Shown here: piece by piece, positions 1-10,968 of the stretch
Layout of the letters: every line of letters begins with the position of its first letter
Position numbering within the stretch: the first letter of the stretch is position 1
Made by a program: the position numbers and the translations under genes
NCBI RefSeq assembly: GCF_004010195.1
Contig: NC_057750.1
Coordinates: 6,311,514-6,374,864, forward strand
Origin: Chiloscyllium plagiosum
Lineage: Eukaryota
DNA: 63,351 nt
Direction of reading: 5' to 3'
Notes under the pieces: model-generated
Database searches by the model: none
Seen by the model: only the letters and a program-made list of their open reading frames with translations
What the model was told of the DNA's origin: nothing

Positions 1-780
1 TCTCTCTCTCACACCCTGTCTATCTCTCTCACATTCTCTCTCTCTCACACATCCTCTCTCTCTCTCTCTCCCCATCTCCATCTCTCTCTCACACCCTGTC
101 TCTCTCTCTCTCTCTCCCCATCTCCATCTCTCTCTCACACCCTGTCTCTCTCTCACACCCTGTCTATCTCTCTCACATTCTCTCTCTCTCTCTCACACTC
201 TGTCTGTCTCTCTCTCCATCTTGTTCTATCTCTCTCTGTGTCACTCTCTTGCCCTGCCTCTCTGCCTGAGACTCTCTCTCTTTCTCCTTCTAGGTTTCTC
301 ACTGGATACACAGAGTGTGTGTGTGAGTGTGTGCGTGGGTGTGTGTGTGTGTGGGGTGTGTGTGCTGTGTGTGTGTATGTGTGTCTGTGTGTGTGCCTGT
401 GTGTGTGTGTCTGTGTGTGTGGGGTGTGTGTGTGTGTCTGTGGGTTGTGTATGTGTGAGTGTGTGTGTGGTGTGTGTGTGTTTGTAAATGTGTGAATATG
501 ATTGTGCCTGTAAGTGTGTCTGTCAGTGTGTGTCTGACTGTGTCTACAAGTTTGTGTTTGTGTATCTTACTGTGGGTACAAGTATGCGTTTGTGTATCTG
601 AGTGTGTCTACAAAAGGTACAATTGTGTTTGTGTCTGTGAGTGTGCTTGAGTGTGTCTGCCAAAGCCTGTCTACAAATGTGTTGTGCATCTGTGGGTATG
701 TCATTGTGTTTGTGTTAGGGCAAGTCTACAAGTGTCTTGTGTACCTGAGTGTGTAACCATGTTTGTATTGATAAGTGTGA
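1..780. repeat. (CT)n then (TG)n microsatellite field
   Basis: Direct reading; explains the Cys/Val-rich spurious ORFs. Confidence 0.95.
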
Positions 781-789
781 CTGTGAATG

Positions 790-1115
790 AAATCCCTACA
801 GTGTGGAAAGAGGCCATTTGCCCCAACCAAGTCCACAACGACCCTGCAAACGTTATCCCACCCAGACCCTATTCCTGTAAACCTGCATTCCCAATGGCCA
901 TCCTATACATCCCTGAATACTATGGGGCAATTTCCCATAGCCAATCTACATTAACCTGCACATCGCTGGACTATGGGAGGAAACTGGAGCACCTGCGAAA
1001 ACCCAGGCACAGACATGGGGCAAATGTGCAAACTCCACACAGACAATCGCCTGAGGGTGAGATTGAACCTGGATCCCTGGCGCTGTGAGGCAGCAGTGCT
1101 GACCACTGAGCCACT
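790..1115 (-). mobile_element. tRNA-derived SINE (HE1/V-SINE type)
   Basis: Minus strand reads GTGGCTCAGTGGTCAGCACTGCTGCCTCACAGCGCCAGGGATCCAGGTTCAATC (A/B boxes) and TGTGTGGAGTTTGCACAT core. Confidence 0.85.
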
Positions 1116-1620
1116 GTGTGTTTGCGTGTGTGTGAATTTTCTCTGTGTGTGTAATTGTGTATGTGTGTGCACATGCGTGTTTGCTCATAGAGTGAGGGAT
1201 GGATACAACTGGATAGTTGCCCCCTGTAGTCAAATAATCCACAAGCATATTACACATACACACACACACACACAACACACAACACACAAACACACACACA
1301 CTCATATACACGCACACACGCGCATGCACAAACGCACACACACTTTCACAAGCACACACTCACATACACATACACACTCATGCACGTATAGACTCATGCA
1401 CACTCACGCATGCACACACATTCGCACATATGTGCGCACATGCACACAGACTCACATACATGCACACACGTGCTCATACACACATGCGCACACACACTCA
1501 TACACACACAAATGCACGCACTCATGGACACACACACTCACCGACACACACGCGCACACACACATATGCACGCACATGAGCACACACACAAATGCACACA
1601 CACACACACACACACACACA
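1116..1620. repeat. (TG)n and degenerate (CA)n microsatellite
   Basis: Direct reading. Confidence 0.9.
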
Positions 1621-3024
1621 TTCTGTTCAGGGCAAGGACAGTGTCCCATTGTGAGCCGGGGGGTGGGGACAGCAGAGCGGGCTCCGAGTGGTGGGTTGGG
1701 TGACGCAGTCTGTCTGCCTGATATTCCAAGGTTTTTTTTATCAGTTACTGATCAGCCACGGCATCAAGTGTCCGTCACATTCCACATTCCAGGCGGGAGC
1801 TGCACCCCACCAGCTGTCAGGTTATTAAACCTGGGAAGTTCTCTCCTCAGTCAGCTGTCCTCACACATCGGCTGCCTTTCAATCTCAGCCTGCTGGCTTT
1901 TAGACTCAATTCAGTTTAACCCTTCGGTGACCAGCAGAGATTCCACACCCTCCACCCGACCCCACCCCATCTGCCCCTTGCTGATCGCTCCCCCTTTGGG
2001 TATTGCCCATTCTAACTGAACCCACACTCGTTTCCTCACCCTCTTACTTTGCATTGACATAGCACCTGGGTGCATTGGCACAGCATCCTCAGGGTGTCTC
2101 ATAGGGTCAGAGCAGTTAATGTGCACATGAGAGCTCCCACCAGCAGGTGCACTGAGTGGGTTCAGCATTCACCCGTCAGCCCAAGCCATCCATGCCAACC
2201 ACGTTTCCCAAACTAAACTCATCCCACCTGCCTGCACTTGGCCCATATCCCTCTAAACCTTCTATGTTCATGTCATTATCCAAATGTTTTTTAAATGTTG
2301 TAACTGTTTCTGCATCCACCACTTCCTCTGGCAGCTCACTCCACATGTGAGCCACCCTCTGTGTGGAAACGTTTTGCCCCTCATGTAGCTCTTGAATCTT
2401 CCTCCTCTCACCCTGAAAATAGTTTTGAGATCCCCCAACCGAACCATGTGTTACTTAATTCGGATTTTAAGCATCTGGAGGATTTTGACTTCGGTCTCAC
2501 AAACTTTTACAGTGATGACAATGTGATAATTTGTCTCTTTTTATTGAAACAAAAAGAGTTTTTTTTTTGGATATTACAACAAACACAAAAAGAAAACAGT
2601 TCAAAACTGTACAAAGTTACCCACTAATTACATAAATAAATAAATAACAACTAACCATTAAATCACGACAATGATAATAGTAATATGGTTCAGTGAAACA
2701 GAATAATAGCCTTTGATAGCATTGATAGCATAAATTTATACATATTCATGTGTTCCTAATTCTTCTTCTCTGGATATCAAATTCATTAAACGGAATCGGC
2801 GTGGTGTATAAAGACCCTTTTAAAGGGAAACATGGACCAAGCAGACTTGATAGGAAGAGAAATAATGGCCATGGTACCTTTCACATCCATCTGAGAGGGA
2901 CAGGCAAGAACTCAGTGTAAACACTGTTTTCGGGAAGACAGCGCAGTGCAGCACTCCCCTGGATTACAGAGGTCCAACAGGAGTCGGACTTGAACCCACA
3001 ATTGTGTGACTGAGAGGGGAGAGC

Positions 3025-3425
3025 AGTTAGCGAGTTTTTGAGAAGATCTATAGCTCACTCATATCCTCACATACGGATGAGGAAGGACACCACTTCAACT
3101 GGGACAACACATCCATCCTCGGACAAGCCAAACACGGACACCCACGAGAATTCCTAGAAGCATTCCAACCAAAATCTATCAACAAACACATTGACTTGGA
3201 TCCCATTTACCACCCCCTGAGAAAAAGAGCAGGAAATTGCATCACCGTAGGAAATGATGCCACCACAGGAAATGACATCACCAACCCAAGGAAACCCAAA
3301 CACATAAATCGAAAGTGGGCTACACCATGAGTGCTTCATCCAGAGGCTCACTGAAGATGTTACCTAGTAGGGTGACAAAATGTCTGAAAAAGAACCTTCC
3401 AGTTCAGCGAGCAAGCTTACATCTA
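3025..3425 (+). mobile_element. Penelope-like element 3' fragment with decayed hammerhead
   Basis: Translates HTDEEGHHFNWDNTSILGQAK...REFLEA...SINKHIDLDPIYHPLR (PLE GIY-YIG C-terminus), then CTGAAGA-stem-AAAATGTC at about 3351-3384. Confidence 0.75.
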
Positions 3426-3765
3426 GAGGAAAGCGGTACCACCCAGTGAGCCAGGTCTGCCTCCTTCATTGCTCGGTCTCACTGCACCAAGGATAGCACT
3501 GCACTCTTCAGGTAGAGGCACTGGATGTTATCTTACTGGAGAAAGACTGCAGGGCAGAGGGATCTGGGAGTCACCGTGCATGAATCACAAAAACAATAGG
3601 CATCCAAATTCAGCAGGTAATGGTGGAGGCAAATGAAGTGTTTTCTTTCATTTCAAAGGGAGTGGCGTATAATAGGAGGGAAATTTGCCAAAACTATACA
3701 AGGCACGAGTCAGTAAATAGCTGAAATTCTGTGAAGCCTGTCCCCCTTATCCAAGGAATGATATA

Positions 3766-3922
3766 CAGAGGAATCTTGAGTATCCAAAACACAGACGGGG
3801 AGTATTTCGTTCGGTTAATTGAATATCAGATAACATAGCTGGCCATGCATCGGGACCTTGCGATTTTGGTCGGATCACCCAAAATTCAGTTAATTAAACG
3901 CCGGATAATTGAGGTCCCACTG
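3766..3922. mobile_element. Tc1/mariner (Tigger/pogo-like) MITE nested in a CR1 fragment
   Basis: TA|CAGAGGAATCTT ... GAGGTCCCACTG|TA with imperfect TIRs and TA target duplication; CR1-like sequence continues on both sides (about 3530-3970). Confidence 0.7.
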
Positions 3923-3979
3923 TATCAGGATTGGCGGCAGTCCGGAGAAGGTTCACTCAGTTGATCCCAGGATTTTGTT

Positions 3980-4295
3980 TTTCTTTACTCATTCACACTC
4001 AGGTAGTATTTATTACCGATCCCTAATTGCCCCAGAGGGCAGTTAAGAGTCAACCCCATCGCTGTGGGTCTGGAGTCACATGTAGGCCAGACCAGGTAAG
4101 GATAGCAGTTTCCTTCCCTCCAGGGAAATAGTGAACCAGATGGAGTTTTCCAACAATGGATTCATGGTCATCATTAGACTCTTAATTCCAATTCCACATC
4201 TGCCACAGTAGAAATTGGACCTGGGTCCCTGGGATACTACCTGGCTCTCTGGATTAATAGTCCAGTGATAATACCACTAGACCATCACCTCCCTC
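3980..4295 (-). mobile_element. SINE (SacSINE1/Deu-SINE-like); further copies at about 4575-4700, 20490-20700, 35995-36390, 49710-50030
   Basis: Recurrent motifs ...CATCTGGTTCACTA...CCTTACCTGGTCTGGCCTACATGTGACTCCAGACCCACAGC...GGGCAATTAGGGA; family name is from recall. Confidence 0.65.
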
Positions 4296-5714
4296 ATGGA
4301 GGGGATTGTCTTCTGAGGAGAGATTGAGTAGACTTGACCTGAAATGTTAACTCTGATTTCTGCATGTAAACCGATATTTTCCTAGCTACCGTCAGTCCTG
4401 AGGAAGGGTCACTCAACCAGAAAAAACGCTAACTCTGATTTCTCTCCACGGACGCTGCCAGACCAGTAGGCTGGGCCTGCGCTCATCGGAGGTGACCTCA
4501 TTGAAATGTACAAGCGTCTTAGAGGACTTGACAGGGGGACTTATGGAGAGGTTGTTTCCCCAGGTGGGAAGCAATGGTCTTGTGGTATTAGCGCTGGACT
4601 GTTAACCTATATAATACCCTGAGGACCTGGGCCAGAATCCCACCACGGCAGGTGGTGGAATTTGAATTCAATAAACATCTGGAATTAAGAATCTATTGTT
4701 GGGAAAAGCCCTTCTTTACTCAAGAGTAGTAAGGGTGAGAAACGCACTACCAGCAACAGTAGTAGACTCACCATCTTTAAGGGCATTTAAATGGTCATTG
4801 GATAAACGTACGGACGAGAATGGAATAGTGTAGGTTAGATGGGCTTCAGGTTGGTTTCACATCGTGGCACAACATTGAGGGCCGAAGGGTGCTGTAAAGT
4901 TCTATTCTATCTGCTAGGATCCTGTCGAATGGTGGTGCAGGCTCAAAGGGCTGAATGGCCTACTCCTGCCTTGATTTCCTACGTTTCACTGTGATTTATC
5001 GAGGGGGTGCTGCACTGTCAGAGGTGCTGTTTTTGAGAGGGCATGTGCATCGAAGGACCTAGGCCCCTCAGACGGCCAAAGAAGAACAGTCAGGGAAGTT
5101 ATCCTCCCCAGTGTGTTGGTGTTAGACCCTGCCTGTCAGGAGGGGTACTTGCTCCCAGCAGGTCCCAGCACATGGAGTGTTCTAATCCAAGGTCAGGCTG
5201 TTGCACAGCAGCTAACAATTACTGATCCAGCGACTTAACCACCACCTCCCTCCCTGTAGAATGAATGATTCTGTGGGATGGTTGGCTTTTGAGGCTGAGT
5301 CAGTGCTGATATAAAATAAATGGACAGGCTTTTGCTGTCCTGGGGCGTTATGGTTTCTTGTGACCAGTTTAGCAGAAAATTGACCTTTCCATGTACTGAC
5401 TGACAGTCAACTATTGCACACGTCACAGACAGGGAGAGAGAGAGAGAGAGAGAGACACGTACACACAGAATTTACAGCGCAGGTCTGTCTAGTCTAAAGG
5501 AACCTCCTCCCATTTCTATGTTGTCCAACCTCATTTTGTGAATTCCTTCATCCCCATGAGTGCATCCACCTACATTTTAGAAACAGAGAAAATAGGAGCA
5601 ACAGAAGGCCATTTGGCCCTTCAAGCCTGCTCCCCATTCAATAGGATCATGCCTGATCATCCAACTCAGTCCCCTGCTCCTGCTTTCTCCCCCGTTCCCT
5701 TCGCTCCCTTCAAC

Positions 5715-6110
5715 CCTGGACCTTTTATCACCGGAATGTATAGGATGGAGGTTTATAAAATCATGAGGGACATAGATAAGGTTAATGACAAGGGTCTTTT
5801 CCCCAGAGCAGGGGGAGTTCAAAACCAGGGGGCGTACATTTAAGGTGAGAGGAGGAAGATTTGAATAGGACGTGAGGGTCAACATTTTCACACAGAGGGT
5901 GGTGTGTGTGTGCGGAATGAAGTGCCAGAGGAAGTGGTGGATACAGTACAGTCACAATGTTTAAAAGACAGTTGGATAAGTCCATGAATAGGAAAGGTTT
6001 GGAGGGATATAGGCCAGGAGCAGGCAGATGGGACTAGTTGAGTTTGGGATTATGGTCAGCACGACTGGTTGGGCCGAAGGGTCTGTTTCCGTGCTGGATG
6101 ACTCTATGAC
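5715..6110 (+). mobile_element. CR1/HER1 LINE 3' fragment
   Basis: EVYKIMR..D.V...LFP and FTQRVV motifs, CTCTATGACT tail. Confidence 0.8.
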
Positions 6111-8084
6111 TAACTCCTGCTTGAAAACATTCAATGCTTTAGCCTCAACTGCTTTCTGTGGCAGAGAATTGCACAGGCTTCCCCCCACTCTCTGGGTGGA
6201 GACATTTCTCCTCATCTCAGTCCAAAATGGCCGACCCTGTATCCTTACAGCCTGAGCCCCTGGTCGTTGAGAACATCCTTCCTGTGTTTAACCTGTCAAT
6301 TCTTGTTCGAACTTTATAGGTTTCAATGAGACTCCCACACCTCTTCCTTCCACTTTCCCATCCTTCTAAACTCTTAAATGCTTCTCTGCTTTCCACTTCA
6401 AGGACTCCCTGCAGAAACTTCTGGAAGCATTTTCCATTCTGCCAATGAGGAAGGACAGCATTAATTTTACGCAATCCTGGTGACAGGAGTTTTACTCATT
6501 CCTGAAGAGTTGAGGGATTTCTTTAGCCTACGAACTGGCAGATAGGGTCTCAATCTGACGTCACGTTCGACAGCACAGCACACCCTCAGCACTGCGCGGC
6601 GAGGTTAATGCCTGGGCTTCATGTTCAAATCTCCGGACTGGGACTCCCACCCAGCACGGTTCTGACCGACTGAAACTGCTTCCCACTGAGCCACCGACTT
6701 CCAGAAGATTCCCAGGATTGAAGTTCTGGTCTACCCTGAGTTGGTTCAACTCAGATGGACACAGAGAAAGTGAGATCGAATATGGGGCGAGGGGCCATAA
6801 GGACTGCAGATGCTGGAAGTCAGAGTCTATAGATGTGGAGCTGGAAAAGCACAGCACGTCAGACAGTATCATGGAGCAGGAAAATTAACATATCGGCCCG
6901 AAACTATTGACCATGGAGATTGAGGCCCTGGGTCTGACTGTGCGGCATTAATTTTTCCTTTATTGTTTCGTAGGATTTGCTAGTTGCTGGACAGGGTTGG
7001 ACATCTCCAACTGCCCTTGAACTGGGTGGTTTGCTCGGCCACTTTTGAGTGAATCCCTCTGTGTCTGTGGGTCTGGAGTCACGCGTAGGCCAGGTCAGAT
7101 AGGGATCTGTAGTTCCCCTCACAGCCACCCCCAGTCCTGAAGAAAGGTTACACCCAAAACGTCAACTTCTCCCCCTCCTGATGCTGCCTGGCTTGCTGTG
7201 TTCTTCCAGCCTCCTCCTTGTCTACCTTGGATTGTAGCAACTACAGTTTTTTTTTGTCTCTAGGCCAAATAAGGACGGCGGATTTCCATCCCAAAAGGGC
7301 GTGAGTGAAATAAATCGGTTTTTGCAACAGTCACAGCATCCTTATGGTGTGCAAAAGCAGGCCATTCAGCCCATCGACTCCACACCGACTGTTCAAATAG
7401 CAGGCCATCCGCCCCTCCCAACCCCATGCATTTCCCATGGCCAATCCAGCTAGCCTGCACATCCCTGAAAACTGTAGGTAATTCACCTTACCACGCACAG
7501 CATTAGGTTGTAGTTTTGACAAAAGTTTCATGGTTGCCATCACTGAGTCTAGCTCTCAACTTTGGATTTGTTCAATGGACCTAAATGTGATTTGAACCAC
7601 ATCCACAGAGCATTAGTCTAGTCTCTTGGATGGCTTGTCCAGTGACATTACCACCATGCCTACCCATTGCTTCTTGGGCCATTGACAGACATGTAGGTTT
7701 ATCTACAATCTTGAGTTTGGGATTGGTCAATGCTGGGATGGTCTTTGCCTACTATTGCTCACATTCACCACCTTGTGGCTGGAGTAGGGAATACCACCTG
7801 CAATTCTTTTGCTCACCACAAGGCGGAGCACTGAGTGGCAGGGCAGAGCCAGGAATCAATGTCATTATTTCGACTTTTTACCTCTAGACATTTTGACATA
7901 TAATGGATCCGAAATCCCCCAGCCTGCCCAAAATAGAAAGCTAGGTGGTATTGTAGACAGTGTACATGATGGTATGAAATCACAAAAGGATATTCATGAT
8001 TCGGAGATGCCGGTGTTGGACTGGGGTGGACAAAGTTAAAAATCACACCACACCAGGTTATAGTCCAACAGGTTTAATTGGAAG

Positions 8085-8119
8085 CACTAGCTTTCGGAGC
8101 GACGCTCCTTCATCAGGTG
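8085..8119 (-). ncRNA. minimal type-I hammerhead ribozyme motif
   Basis: CAC-CUGAUGA-A-GGAGC(GUC)GCUCC-GAA-AGCU-A-GUG: intact core, palindromic stem III, CAC/GUG stem I. Confidence 0.8.
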
Positions 8120-8324
8120 GTTGTGGAGAGTAAGACTGTAAGATCCAGAATTTATAGCAAAAGTTTCCAGTGTGATGTAACTGAAGTTATATTTTGAAAA
8201 AGACCCAAATTGTTTCAATTCAAGACCCAAACAATTCGGGTCTTTTTCATTATATAATTTCGGTTACATCACACTGGAAACTTTTGCTATAAATTCTGTG
8301 CCTTGCAATCTTACTCTCCACAAC

Positions 8325-8359
8325 CACCTGAGGAAGGAGCAGCACTCCGAAAGCTAGTG
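8325..8359 (+). ncRNA. minimal type-I hammerhead ribozyme motif
   Basis: CAC-CUGAGGA-A-GGAG..CUCC-GAA-AGCU-A-GUG. Confidence 0.75.
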
Positions 8360-8519
8360 CTTCCAAATAAACCTGTTGGGACTATAACCTGGTGTGGTGT
8401 GATTTTTTTTTAACAAAGAGATATTGGTAGACTCAGTGACTGGGAAAACCTGTGACAGACAGAGCTCAATGTAAGTAAATGTGAGGTTATCCATTTTGGA
8501 CGGGGAAAGCATAGATCAA

Positions 8520-9122
8520 GTACAGTGCTCTCCTCTCCATTGGGGAAACAAAGTGTAGACTGGGCGACCTCTTCGCAGAACACCTACCCTCTGCCCGCAA
8601 AAAAGACCCTGAGCTTCCAGTTACCTGTCACCTCAACACCCCACTCTGCTCCCTGGCCTACATGGTAAAAACAATAATTGCAGATGCTGGAAACCAGATT
8701 CTGGATCAGTCGTGCTGGAAGAGCACAGCAATTCAGGCAGCATCCAACGAGCAGCGAAATCGACGTTTCGGGCAAAAGCCCTTCATCAGGAATAAAGGCA
8801 GTGAGCCTGAAGTGTGGAGAGGTAAGCTAGAGGAGGGTGGGGGTGGGGAGAAAGTAGCATAGAGTACAATGGGTGAGTGGGGGAGGGGATGAAGGTGATA
8901 GGTCAGGGAGGAGATGGTGGAGTGGATAGGTGGAAAAGGAGATAGGCAGGTAGGACAAGTCCGGACAAGTCAAGGGGACAGTGCTGAGCTGGAAGTTTGA
9001 CCCTCAGGCTTGCTGCAGTGCTCCAGTGAAGCTCAGCGCAACCTGGAAAAACAGGACCTTATTTTCCCCTCGGGGACCCTGCAGAATTCTGGACTCAATA
9101 TCGGATTCAACAAATTTAGAGC
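8520..9122 (+). mobile_element. Penelope GIY-YIG fragment interrupted by an antisense Penelope 3' end (about 8665-9000)
   Basis: IGETKCRLGDLFAEHL...ELPVTCHLN, then LQCSSEAQRNLEKQDLIFPSGTLQNSGLNI. Confidence 0.75.
8758..8793 (-). ncRNA. minimal type-I hammerhead ribozyme motif
   Basis: AUUC-CUGAUGA-A-GGGC(UUUU)GCCC-GAA-ACGU-C-GAUU, with GUC cleavage triplet. Confidence 0.8.
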
Positions 9123-9448
9123 TATGGAGTTAGGCCACAGATCAGCCATTGAATGGTGGAACAGACTCAAAGGGCTGAATGGCCTACTCCTATGTTCCTA
9201 CATGTGAAGGGAGACACCCTTCAGTCGGGTACTGCCGACACTCCGTGTCAGGGATAGCCTCCAGGGCTCGGGCACAGTCAGTCAGCCATTCAGGACAATC
9301 AGGGTCGAGTTTACCCTCCTCGTTAGGTGTGAGGAGCCAAAGGTCAGGCACCCCTCCGCCCGCAGTGACTCTTTCTGCCCTGCCGTGTGCCCTTTCCCCC
9401 AGGATCGAGGGAAAGGGATGGATGAAGTGGGATGAAATGGAAGTCGGA

Positions 9449-9737
9449 NNNNNNNNNNNNNNNNNNNNNNNNNNNNNNNNNNNNNNNNNNNNNNNNNNNN
9501 NNNNNNNNNNNNNNNNNNNNNNNNNNNNNNNNNNNNNNNNNNNNNNNNNNNNNNNNNNNNNNNNNNNNNNNNNNNNNNNNNNNNNNNNNNNNNNNNNNNN
9601 NNNNNNNNNNNNNNNNNNNNNNNNNNNNNNNNNNNNNNNNNNNNNNNNNNNNNNNNNNNNNNNNNNNNNNNNNNNNNNNNNNNNNNNNNNNNNNNNNNNN
9701 NNNNNNNNNNNNNNNNNNNNNNNNNNNNNNNNNNNNN
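9449..9737. other. assembly gap
   Basis: Run of N. Confidence 1.
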
Positions 9738-10744
9738 GGGGGGCTACAGCTGGTGGAGGTGGGGCTAGGGTGGTGAGACCCTCTGAGTGTTTGAGTCAGC
9801 AGCGCAGTGGGCACATGCAGAGTTAGTAGCCCGGGGTAGGGATGGAATTGGACGGGTAAGAGAGACCAAAGGAAGGTGTTGTGGTGGGGGTATGCGCCGG
9901 GGAGATAGTGAGAGTGTTTGAGGTGGAGCCTTGGTGGGAGACGGGTTGAGTGTGTGGGGATAGCGCAGAGATGATGGCAACACTTTCCCGGGCAGTGTGG
10001 AGATGGTCCATTGATTGCAGCTGAGACCGTATTGACCCGGGGGGCGGGCGCAATCCCAGACCAGGCTGGCATGATGGCCTCCTCTGTTGGCCCTGGGCAC
10101 AGAAAATGCCCCTCCGTTGAACCATCCATTCACCAGGATCTCCAGCTCTCCGTCCGCAAAGCCGGGCGCCAACAAGCATCAGGCCCCCAAACCAATCAGA
10201 GCTGCCCTGGAGCACCAACTTGTGACCGAATGCACAATGGCCTTTCAAGGATGGTGCCAGGGGCTCTGGAATGTACCGGCAGTGACCAGTAGTTCCAATT
10301 ACAGTGAGTGGGAAAGCCAGGAGAGTATTGGGCAAGAGGGGCGCGGTAGAGTGTTTACTGAGGCAAATTTGGCACGATATCTTGCCAGGTCTTACAGAAA
10401 GGTACCCGCCCTGAAACTCAACTAAAGTGACACTTGACTAAAAAATGGTAAGATTCTGAATGAGCTTTATTGCCGCATGAGTGTGTGGAATCTTCACAAG
10501 GCACCACCTTAATGGCCCCACCTTCGGCACAACATACAGATTCTTCTGTACACGTTCTTAGGAAAATAATTAGAAAAGTAAAGAAATAAAAATGCCCAGC
10601 ATTACGGATCGTAGGAGAAAATTAGAAAAGTCAGAGAAATAAATTTCAGAATAACATTCCTTCCAGCCCACACTGACACCTTGCCTCCAGTCCGCACAAG
10701 GCCTTGAATCACCTCAGGGCTGAGACCATGTCCGGCCAAAGAAT

Positions 10745-10968
10745 CACCACATGTCACCGAAAGACTGCCATGCCACGCCGGGCCGAGGGAACACCACGCT
10801 GGGTCAAGAGATCACCACATTGGGCCGAGAGATCACCACGCCGGGCCGAGGGAACACCACGCTGGGTCAAGAGATCACCACATTGGGCCGAGAGATCACC
10901 ATGCCGGGCCGAGGGAACACCACGCCGGGCCGAGGGAACACCACGCCGGGCCGAGGGAACACCACGCC
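10745..10968. repeat. 21-bp GC-rich minisatellite with 63-bp higher-order repeat
   Basis: Unit CCACGCCGGGCCGAGGGAACA; three variants repeat as a block twice. Confidence 0.9.

Larger units (their letters stand above)
8005..8408. mobile_element. fold-back Penelope-derived element with two opposed hammerheads
   Basis: Arms at about 8038-8215 and 8230-8407 are near-perfect reverse complements. Confidence 0.85.

Noticed and set aside
221..2019. Long Cys/Val- and His/Thr-rich ORFs, including a 348-aa ORF
   Set aside because: Translations of (TG)n/(CA)n microsatellites and a SINE
5305..5322. MEF2-like AT-rich site GATATAAAATAAA
   Set aside because: Does not fit YTA(A/T)4TAR and has no supporting motif cluster
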